This document shows positions 6,302-13,771 of a DNA stretch of 15,697 nt, piece by piece. The stretch is from a bacterium (lineage in GTDB: Bacteria > Eisenbacteria > RBG-16-71-46). Position numbers and translations under genes: made by a program. Every line of letters begins with the position of its first letter. The stretch's first letter is position 1. The DNA lies in contig JAYWEM010000182.1 of NCBI GenBank assembly GCA_043779265.1, forward strand, positions 1-15,697. The letters are read 5' to 3'. The notes beneath the pieces are model-generated. The model saw only the letters and a list, made by a program, of their open reading frames with translations. It was not told where the DNA came from and did no database searches.

Positions 6302-9214
6302 TCAGGGCATTCGGATGACGCGCGTCGTGTGCTCCACGCCGGGCGCGTCGAAGCGGACGAAGTAGAGTCCGGCGGGGACACGCGCCGACTCCAGATCCAG
6401 CATCGTCTCCGAGCCACCTGCGGGCCGCCAGCCGAGGGATCGCTCGAGCACGGTGCGGCCGGCGACATCGAACAGGCGCAGTCGAGCCTGACCCGCGACG
6501 GGCTGCGAGAACGCAACGCGAAGCGCCGCGCCGCGCGCCGGGTTGGGCCAGGCGCGAAGTCCGGCGACCGGCAGCCCGGGCCCGTCGACGCCCACGACCG
6601 CGTCGCGTCCGAAGTTCCATGCCGCGGACACGGCGACCTGCCCGGCGAGGTCGATGGCGCGGATGCGCAGAGCGTGCATGCCTGGTGTGAGTCCCTGCAG
6701 CACGACTCCGGGCATCGTCCACACGAAATCGCGCTTCGGGTCGCCGATGCGCGACTGGATCGACTGCCAAGCGCCGCCGTCGATCGAGAACTGGAGGGAG
6801 GCCAGTTCGCCATCCGCCGGATCGGCAGCCGAGATCGTGACATTCGGGGGCGTCGCGTACACGAACCACTGCGGCTCGGGGATGTTGGCCACGGTCGGCG
6901 GCGTCACATCGTTGAGGCCGAGCGGATAGGCCTCGATCGCCGAGACGAGCGAGGCATGCACGCCCGGACCGAACGACAGGTCGAGCCTGCCGTCCATCAC
7001 GAGCGTCTCGACGATGCGTTCGGTGGCATGGAAGGCGCCCGGGTCGATCGAGAGGTCGAGGTTCTCGATCACCTTCTCGCCCTCGGCCACGACATCGAAC
7101 ACACGGCAACCGGGACAGGCATAGGCCGTGTCGATCTCGGCGAAGCTCAGTCGCACCATGTAGGCGCGATTCGGCAGCTGGAGCTGATAGTCGGGAGCAG
7201 CCTGCGTCGGGCCGCTGGCGCGCGCGTCACGGAACAGCGACTGCTCGGCGGTCTTGGCGATCGGCAATTCGGTCACCACCGACGTGCCCGAGACGACGGC
7301 GGAGTCCGGCGAGAACCACAGCCCGTCGGTGCTCCACACACCGGGCCCTCCGGAGTTGATCCGCACGTAACCGGCCGCGGGCAGACCCTTGATCCAGGAC
7401 CGACCTTCGATCGTGACGAGTCCCGCATCATCGGTGGCGCGGATGCGGACCTCGTGCTCGCCCGGCGAGGCCGCCGCCCAGACCGTGTTCGAGAGCGTCT
7501 CGAGGAGCCAGGCGCTGGTGTCCGGCACGGACGTCGCGAGAAACTGCCACGCTCCTCCATCCACGCTCATCTCCACCGAGGCCAGACCGAGCCGGTCGTG
7601 GGCGTGGATCGTGAGGGTGGGAGGGAAGCGGTCGTAGTAGCGGCGCTCGGGCTCCTCGATGTCGACGATCGGCGGCGTCACGTCACCCGAGCTGACATCC
7701 GGTCGGATGACGCGGTAGGCACTGGTCGCGAGATCGGTTCCCTCGGCGGTGGTGACCGTGAGCGAGCGCCAACCGGGAGCGCCCATCGACGGGATGCTCA
7801 CCGTGACGCTCGAACTGTCGAACGAGAGGACCTGGAGCGTCACGCCGCCGAGTTGGACCTGGGGCGCCGAGGCGAGCGCGAGTCGGCTGCCGCGAATGGT
7901 CGCGGTGCGAGCCTGGTTATGCGGGCCGCGCTCCGGCCACATGCGCACGATCTTGGGGCCCGAGAGACTCGGTGGATCGATCGGGCACTGCATCAGCACC
8001 TGGCCCGTGCCATAGCGGGCTCCGAACAGCGTTCCATCCGGGCCCTCGACGACATCCAGCGCACCGTACATCGGGCCGCCCGGGAGATAGCCGGTGACGG
8101 CGCGGCCATCGGGCGAGAGCGTTGCGCGCCCGAGTCCACCTTCGAAGCGCGCGGTGTAGAGATCCCCTCGGTTGACGCTCCCGAACCGACGCGAGCGGTA
8201 CTCGAGGATCCCGTTGGTCGAGGACGTCACGACGCGCAGTGGAGCCGTGTAGCCGGCGTCGCTCGGATCGGTCGGTGGCCGGAAGAAGCACTGCCTTGGA
8301 TCGGTGAACGAACGAGGGCGATTGGGATGACCGTAGTAGTGGTTCTTCTCGATGAGCACCAACTCGTCACTGGTCGTGATCGACGGCCCGATGGAATCAC
8401 AGCCCCACAGGGTTCCGTTCGGGAAGTACGAGTTCGGGCCATTATCGGTGCCGTACAGGAACCCGTTCGAGTGCATGACGAGGTCATAAGGATTGCGGAA
8501 GCCGGGGGCGAACACCTTCACGTCGAAGCCCGAGGTCTGAGTGGCGACCGCAGGGTCGGGATCGCTCCAGGTGATCCGGCCATCGAAGCCGGGCCGCCTC
8601 ACGTAGGCGATCAGCGTGGCGCCCGACAACAACGACTCCTCGCGATTGCCGTTCAGGCCGGAGCCCGGGACGCCGCTGTTCGTGTTGCCGCCCTGCTGGA
8701 TATAGAGGTTGCCGTCGTCGCCGAAGAACGTCCCGTTGTTGGCGTGGTCCATGCGCGACACCGGGAATCCGCTGATGATGTCGACCGGCTGGGAGAATGA
8801 GGGGCCGGTCAGCTTGGTCATCCGACCGAGGTACGCGCCGACACTGGCCGGCTGGTAGACACGCGTGCGCGAGATGTACACACGCACCGAGTCGGGGGAG
8901 TCGAGCGGATCGAAGGAGATGCCGAGGCAGGCCCAGGAGTAGCCCATCGGGTCGGTGCTCAGTGTGCTCACGACCTGCGTCGCGATGGGCTTGCGGTCGG
9001 CGCCCAGCGTGTAGATATGCAGGCGACCGTTCAGCTGGAGTACGTAGAGTCGCCCGTCCGGCCCGAAGGCGAGGGACGTCGGCGAACTGATGCCCGTGGC
9101 CACGGTATCCGCCGTCCATGTCGGGGTCTGCGCGAACCCGGCTTGGGCGGCGATGAGCGCGGTGAACACTGCCACGAACGTGAAGCGGCTGGCAGGGGGA
9201 CGCCAGAGGATCAC
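6302..9214 (-). CDS. secreted multidomain protein: signal peptide + glucose/sorbosone (PQQ-type) dehydrogenase-like beta-propeller + IPT/TIG + Ig-like + malectin + Ig-like + T9SS/FlgD-like CTD (970 aa)
   Basis: Signal peptide ending AQAGFA-Q. Propeller motifs PTSLAFGPDGRLYV, DHANNG, GFRNPYDL, LYGTDNG, YYGHP, EGPDGTLF. IPT-like IVRMWPERGP...TIRGS. Malectin RINSGG...VRLSFAEI...RVFDVVAEG...SAIE. CTD LRAWPNPARG...LFDVAGR...PAGLYFVR. Confidence 0.88.
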   Translation of the reverse strand: MILWRPPASRFTFVAVFTALIAAQAGFAQTPTWTADTVATGISSPTSLAFGPDGRLYVLQLNGRLHIYTLGADRKPIATQVVSTLSTDPMGYSWACLGISFDPLDSPDSVRVYISRTRVYQPASVGAYLGRMTKLTGPSFSQPVDIISGFPVSRMDHANNGTFFGDDGNLYIQQGGNTNSGVPGSGLNGNREESLLSGATLIAYVRRPGFDGRITWSDPDPAVATQTSGFDVKVFAPGFRNPYDLVMHSNGFLYGTDNGPNSYFPNGTLWGCDSIGPSITTSDELVLIEKNHYYGHPNRPRSFTDPRQCFFRPPTDPSDAGYTAPLRVVTSSTNGILEYRSRRFGSVNRGDLYTARFEGGLGRATLSPDGRAVTGYLPGGPMYGALDVVEGPDGTLFGARYGTGQVLMQCPIDPPSLSGPKIVRMWPERGPHNQARTATIRGSRLALASAPQVQLGGVTLQVLSFDSSSVTVSIPSMGAPGWRSLTVTTAEGTDLATSAYRVIRPDVSSGDVTPPIVDIEEPERRYYDRFPPTLTIHAHDRLGLASVEMSVDGGAWQFLATSVPDTSAWLLETLSNTVWAAASPGEHEVRIRATDDAGLVTIEGRSWIKGLPAAGYVRINSGGPGVWSTDGLWFSPDSAVVSGTSVVTELPIAKTAEQSLFRDARASGPTQAAPDYQLQLPNRAYMVRLSFAEIDTAYACPGCRVFDVVAEGEKVIENLDLSIDPGAFHATERIVETLVMDGRLDLSFGPGVHASLVSAIEAYPLGLNDVTPPTVANIPEPQWFVYATPPNVTISAADPADGELASLQFSIDGGAWQSIQSRIGDPKRDFVWTMPGVVLQGLTPGMHALRIRAIDLAGQVAVSAAWNFGRDAVVGVDGPGLPVAGLRAWPNPARGAALRVAFSQPVAGQARLRLFDVAGRTVLERSLGWRPAGGSETMLDLESARVPAGLYFVRFDAPGVEHTTRVIRMP

Positions 9215-9286
9215 GGGGGGAGCCTCACGAAGTCAGGTGCGAGATGTGCGTGTGAGCGTGTGCCTCGGGGCTGACAGGCGGCTGGG

Positions 9287-9316
9287 AGTCTAACAATCCC
9301 ATGACGCGATTCCCAA
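9287..9316 (-). promoter_or_regulatory. putative sigma70-type extended -10 promoter for the 970-aa gene
   Basis: The minus strand reads TTGGGA(9316-9311)-N18-TAGACT(9292-9287), with TGn directly before the -10 (TGtTAGACT), in a locally AT-richer patch. Confidence 0.5.
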
Positions 9317-9401
9317 GCGATTATTGCGGTCGATCCGCAGCGCCAGCATGCGCGATGGAAGCATGCATCTCGCAATCCGAGCGGCATCCCGAGAGCGACC
9401 G

Positions 9402-9410
9402 TGCTAGCGT
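9402..9410 (+). promoter_or_regulatory. putative extended -10 of a leaderless MFS transcript
   Basis: TGcTAGCGT, followed by 6 nt and then GTG 9417; no SD. Confidence 0.55.
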
Positions 9411-9416
9411 CCCGCC

Positions 9417-10691
9417 GTGAGCCTCCCCTCCCTGCGCGTGCATCTGCCCCATGGCCTGCGAGCCTTGCGGCACAGCGACTTCCGGCTCTATTGGACGAGC
9501 CAACTCGTCTCGCTCATCGGCACCTGGATGCAGAGCGTGGCGCAGGGATGGCTGATGCACCGGCTGACCGACTCGCCCCTGATGCTGGGCCTGCTCGGCT
9601 TCGCGCAGTTCCTGCCGGTGCTCTTCCTGTCGCTGTGGGCGGGCGTGATCGTCGATCGCTTCGACCGTCGACGGCTGCTCTTCATCACGCAGTGCCTCGC
9701 GATGCTCCAGGCGCTCGCGCTCGCAGTGGTCGTCACCTTCGGCGTGGTTCAGCCGTGGATGATCCTCGTCGCCGCATTCGTGTTCGGATCGATCACCGCG
9801 TTCGATCTTCCGACTCGCCAGTCGCTGGTGGTCGAACTGGTGGGGCGCGAGGACCTCTCCAACGGCATCGCGCTCAATTCGGCGGCATTCAACTCGGCAC
9901 GCATCATCGGTCCGGCACTCGCTGGCATCCTGGTCGCGTGGGTCGGGGAGGCTGGCTGCTTCTGGATCAACGCGCTCTCCTACGGAGCCGTGCTTGCGGG
10001 GCTGATGCGGATGCAGCTGCCGATGCGCGTCGTGCGGTCGACGGGCTCGGCGACCTCTCGGCTGGTCGAGGGTGTCCGCTACGCCTGGGGCAACGCAGGT
10101 CTACGCGCGCTGCTGCTGTTGCTGGGGTTGATGGGCGGATTCGGTTTCCAGTACATGGTGCTGCTGCCCGTCTACGCCAGTTCGATCCTGGATGCGGGCC
10201 CGCGCGAGTACGGGCTCCTCGTCTCGGCCTTCGGCGTCGGCTCGATCCTCGCGGCCATCCTCATGATGCGGACGCTCACGCGCTGGGATCTGAGGCGGCA
10301 GCTCCTGATCGGCTTGGTGATCGCGGGGCTCGGCCAGGCGGGCTTCGCGTGGTCGCGCACGCTGCATATGATGCTCGCGATGGGGTTCCTCTCGGGCTTC
10401 GGACTCATCCTCTACATCTCGAGCACGAACACGCTGGTGCAGATGACGACGGACGACGGATTCCGTGGTCGCGTCATGAGCCTGTACACGTTCATGTTCG
10501 TCGGGATGGCGCCCTTCGGTGCGCTGCTCGCGGGGTCGCTGGCCGAGCGATTCAGCGCCCCGATCGCGACCTCGGTCTGCGCCATCCTGTTGCTGCTCGG
10601 GGCGATGTGGGTGAGCGGTCGCTTGCGTCACGTGGCCGCGCGTGAGGACGCGGAGCGTCGCACGATGAGCACTCCCGAGCCGATGCGCTGA
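9417..10691 (+). CDS. major facilitator superfamily transporter (MFS_3/DHA3-like), 424 aa
   Basis: About 12 hydrophobic helices. Motifs ALRHSDFRLYW, SLIGTWMQSVAQGWL, motif A GVIVDRFDRRRLL, FNSARIIGPALAG, FRGRVMSLY. Confidence 0.95.
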   Translation: MSLPSLRVHLPHGLRALRHSDFRLYWTSQLVSLIGTWMQSVAQGWLMHRLTDSPLMLGLLGFAQFLPVLFLSLWAGVIVDRFDRRRLLFITQCLAMLQALALAVVVTFGVVQPWMILVAAFVFGSITAFDLPTRQSLVVELVGREDLSNGIALNSAAFNSARIIGPALAGILVAWVGEAGCFWINALSYGAVLAGLMRMQLPMRVVRSTGSATSRLVEGVRYAWGNAGLRALLLLLGLMGGFGFQYMVLLPVYASSILDAGPREYGLLVSAFGVGSILAAILMMRTLTRWDLRRQLLIGLVIAGLGQAGFAWSRTLHMMLAMGFLSGFGLILYISSTNTLVQMTTDDGFRGRVMSLYTFMFVGMAPFGALLAGSLAERFSAPIATSVCAILLLLGAMWVSGRLRHVAAREDAERRTMSTPEPMR

Positions 10692-10693
10692 GT

Positions 10694-11749
10694 TCAGCGC
10701 GCGGGGGCCTCGAGCAGGCGACGGACGCCCGCGTGGCTGGCCGACACGAGCAACGAACCGGCGGCACTGCCCCAGAGTTGTGCGCGGCTCAGACGGGGCC
10801 GGTCCTCACAGGTCGGGAAGTTCCGGTCGCGGATGGCGGCATGCAGCGAAGCGCGTGCCCAGAGTGCGGGCCACAGCACGAACAATCGGTAGCGGACGTG
10901 TCCCAGCGGTACGAGATCGAGATAGTCCGCGACCTGATCGAGTGCGGCGTGCGCATGACCGGCCAGCCGCAGGGCGAGTTCGCGCGCCACCATCCGATCC
11001 GCGGATGCCAGCCCGCCGGGCGAGATGCCATGCCCCGACAGCCATTGCGTCGGGATATGACAGCGTCCCTTGGGCACATCGCTCGGCCAATCGAGCAGGA
11101 TGTTGGTGAGCTGAAGCGCCTCGCCAACCTTCACCGAGAGCCGCATGCGGGCCTCGAAGTCGGCGTCCTCGCTCAGTCGGCTCGTGTGGGCGTGGATCCG
11201 TGTGAGCATCTCGCCTACACATCCGGCGACCACGTAGCAGTAGTCCTTGAGCTCGGCCTCATCATCGAGGTAGGAGGTCTCGGGAGGACGCGAGGCCTCT
11301 CGCACCGCGTAACGGCGCATCCCCTCGGCCATTGCTCTCACGCCCACACGCACCGCCTCGGCCACCGGCGCCGGGGTCGTCTCGAGCGAGCGCAGCCAGG
11401 TGGGAAGCTCGGCCAGCACGCGCAGGTCGTTCCTCGACCCGGCGATCGAGGCTGCCGCCTCGGACAGCGAGCGGAGAGCCGCCGGGTCGCCCTCCAGGGC
11501 CAGAAGGAGCCGTTCGAAGCGGTTGTCCACCTCCTCGGCCGGCCCCGGCCACGAGTCCTCGAGGGCATCGCAGGCCCGGCACAGAAGATAAGCGAGTCTC
11601 ACGGGGTGCCGCATCGGCCGGTTCAGCACCCGGATGTTGATCGCGAATGTCCGTGAGACCAAGGGGAGCAGGCGTTTGGCGGTGGCCAAGTCGGTCCCCG
11701 GCTGCTGGTCCGGCTCGGCGGAGCATGGAATCGAGTCTTCCCGTGTCAT
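10694..11749 (-). CDS. squalene/phytoene synthase family protein (squalene-synthase-like), about 351 aa
   Basis: LLPLVSRTFAINIRVL, AYLLCRACDALED (first Asp-rich motif), YCYVVAGCVGEML, GEALQLTNILLDWPSD...GRCHIP. Start placed at ATG 11749, which has an upstream TATAGT. The exact start is uncertain. Confidence 0.9.
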   Translation of the reverse strand: MTREDSIPCSAEPDQQPGTDLATAKRLLPLVSRTFAINIRVLNRPMRHPVRLAYLLCRACDALEDSWPGPAEEVDNRFERLLLALEGDPAALRSLSEAAASIAGSRNDLRVLAELPTWLRSLETTPAPVAEAVRVGVRAMAEGMRRYAVREASRPPETSYLDDEAELKDYCYVVAGCVGEMLTRIHAHTSRLSEDADFEARMRLSVKVGEALQLTNILLDWPSDVPKGRCHIPTQWLSGHGISPGGLASADRMVARELALRLAGHAHAALDQVADYLDLVPLGHVRYRLFVLWPALWARASLHAAIRDRNFPTCEDRPRLSRAQLWGSAAGSLLVSASHAGVRRLLEAPAR

Positions 11750-11766
11750 GGACGGCTCACTATACT
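11738..11766. promoter_or_regulatory. putative bidirectional promoter with overlapping -10 elements
   Basis: Plus strand: TTCCCG(11738-11743)-N17-TATACT(11761-11766), toward 11843. Minus strand: TATAGT(11764-11759), 9 nt before ATG 11749. Confidence 0.5.
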
Positions 11767-11842
11767 CGCCACTGCTCCGCTCGCTCACACAGCCTCCGCC
11801 GGTCAGGCCGGCCCCACTTCGACCCCAGGACACGAGTCCCCC

Positions 11843-13717
11843 GTGCTCTCGATACGCTCTCTCGCCGTCCCGATCGCCATTCTCGGCTTCGCGCTCCTCG
11901 GTTCCATCCCGGATGCTGCATCCGCGCCCAGCGCGCTGCGCCTGCCCGCGCCGAACGGCTATCCCCGCTTGGCGCTCTACGGTTCGATCCGCGGGAACGG
12001 CTATCCGTTCTACAACGCGCCGATCGACAGCGCCCTCGTCGACAGCGTGCTCGACCAGGTCTCACGCTACGAGGAGATCACGCTCGACATCAATCCGATC
12101 TATCCGTATCGCCCGGACATCATCACCAAGCTCAAGCAGCGCAATCCGAAGGCGAAGGTACTCGGGTACGTGGTCGGTCAGGACATCTGGGGCGCACGCG
12201 ATCGCGATTCGCTCCGTCACTACCCGACGCGGTATCGCCGTCTGCTCGACAACAACAACGGCTGGCTCTACAGCAAGCTGACGGGGCAGAAGTATTACGC
12301 GGGCAACGTGAATCTCGCCAAGCGTGACGGCACGGGCCGGCTCGTCATCGCGGACTCGCTCTCGCTCCTGTGGAAGCAGAACCTGATCGATCCGGGCATC
12401 TGGGATGGCGTCTTCTTCGACATCCTTTGCGACGAGATGAGCTGGCCGCAGGCCGAGGGCGACAGCATCGACCATGTGCGCGCGGGCTACGCGACGTTCG
12501 CGGAGTTCAATGCCAGTTGGAGTGCGGCGACCGACACGATCGCGGCCCGGCTGCGCAACTGGGGTGGCCCGGACTTCATCATGGTCGGCAACTGCGCGCT
12601 CGGTACCAAGTACAGCACGTTCAACGGGTGGATGCGTGAGGGCTTCCCGTTCCAGGCCGGTGGCGACTGGTACTCGAACATGTTCCAGCAGCCGGGCGGC
12701 TACATCACCGACGAGCGCAACTTCCAGGAGCCGAGGAGCAACTACATCTTCAGCTTCCAGATCGGGCTCGACCACTACTCCTCGGTCAACAATCGCAGCA
12801 TGCGCTTCGGGCTCGGCAGTGCGGCGATGGCCGACGGCTTCGGCGTCTTCGCGGTCCAGAATCGCGATGCCTTCACCGGCGACTACCACGAGTGGTGGTA
12901 CGACGAGTACGCCGTCGATCTCGCGAGCAGCATGGCCTCCCAGTCGCTTCAGCACACGGGATGGCTCGGTCAGGCTCTGACGCCCTTCTATCAGATGATC
13001 TGGGCGGGACAGAACCCCGAGGGAATCGCGAATCCCGGCTTCGAGAGCAGCGCGACGCAGGGTTGGGCGTTCTACTCGGGCACGCCATCGTCGCTCAAGC
13101 GCGACACCACGACAGCCGCCGTCGGTCAGGCGAGCGCCCGCGTCACGATCCAACAGGCGAGCCCGATCGACTGGAATGTGTCGTTCCAGTCCTTGATCGG
13201 GATCCCGCTCATGCCGTTCACCAATCATGCTGCGACGTTCTGGGTCAAGGCCTCCACGCCGCGCCTCGTCAACGTCGTGATCTCCCGCACGAACGCGACG
13301 CAGTTGATCTCCCGGCAGATCGAGATCGGCACGACTTGGAAGCAGATCCAGATCCCCTTTCTCACGCAGGGAGTCGTCGAACAGCCGAACTCCACGCGCA
13401 TCGCGTTCTTCCTGGGCAAGGACACGGGCGATGTCTGGATCGATGACGTCCACTTCCAGGCGGGGCTCTCGACCATCTACCGGCGCGACTTCCAGAACGG
13501 CATCGTGCTGGTGAACCCGGCATTCGACTCGGGAGCGGACGTGGTGCTCGGACGCTCGTTCCGGAGGATTCGGGGGTCAGTCGACCCCTTCACGAACGAC
13601 GGCTCGAGTGGCATGGTGCAGTACGTCGGACCGGCGGATGCGCTGTTTCTCATCGGAGACGACGTCTATCCCCCGGCTCGGACGCTCGACCTGCATCAGG
13701 CGCCCAGCGGCCGGTGA
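11843..13717 (+). CDS. secreted putative glycoside hydrolase (GHL15-like TIM barrel) with an inserted CBM4/9-like module, paralogue 1 (624 aa)
   Basis: Signal peptide ending DAASA. Motifs LKQRNPKAKVLGY, WDGVFFD, MVGN, NGWMREGFP, MRFGLGSA, WWYDEY. Module IANPGFE...ATFWVKA...VWIDDVHF, then YRRDFQNGIVLVNP. Confidence 0.8.
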   Translation: MLSIRSLAVPIAILGFALLGSIPDAASAPSALRLPAPNGYPRLALYGSIRGNGYPFYNAPIDSALVDSVLDQVSRYEEITLDINPIYPYRPDIITKLKQRNPKAKVLGYVVGQDIWGARDRDSLRHYPTRYRRLLDNNNGWLYSKLTGQKYYAGNVNLAKRDGTGRLVIADSLSLLWKQNLIDPGIWDGVFFDILCDEMSWPQAEGDSIDHVRAGYATFAEFNASWSAATDTIAARLRNWGGPDFIMVGNCALGTKYSTFNGWMREGFPFQAGGDWYSNMFQQPGGYITDERNFQEPRSNYIFSFQIGLDHYSSVNNRSMRFGLGSAAMADGFGVFAVQNRDAFTGDYHEWWYDEYAVDLASSMASQSLQHTGWLGQALTPFYQMIWAGQNPEGIANPGFESSATQGWAFYSGTPSSLKRDTTTAAVGQASARVTIQQASPIDWNVSFQSLIGIPLMPFTNHAATFWVKASTPRLVNVVISRTNATQLISRQIEIGTTWKQIQIPFLTQGVVEQPNSTRIAFFLGKDTGDVWIDDVHFQAGLSTIYRRDFQNGIVLVNPAFDSGADVVLGRSFRRIRGSVDPFTNDGSSGMVQYVGPADALFLIGDDVYPPARTLDLHQAPSGR

Positions 13718-13729
13718 CGCTCGGCGGGG

Positions 13730-13759
13730 TGAAGACTCCGCCAAGAGGAGCCGATGACC
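13730..13759 (+). promoter_or_regulatory. putative sigma28-type promoter for hydrolase paralogue 2
   Basis: TGAA(13730-13733)-N16-GCCGATGA(13750-13757). Same spacing and the same GCCGATGACC decamer as 227-256. Confidence 0.45.
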
Positions 13760-13771
13760 CGAGGGGGAACC

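Noticed and set aside
6184..6843. 220-aa N-terminal extension of GH1 in the ORF track
   Set aside because: It overlaps the 970-aa gene and the hairpins. GH1 homology begins at MAILRFP (6183), which has its own -10 element.
6137..8800. 887-aa plus-strand ORF
   Set aside because: Antisense shadow of the 970-aa gene. It is Arg/Gly/His-rich with no motifs, and long stop-free antisense frames are expected at this GC content.
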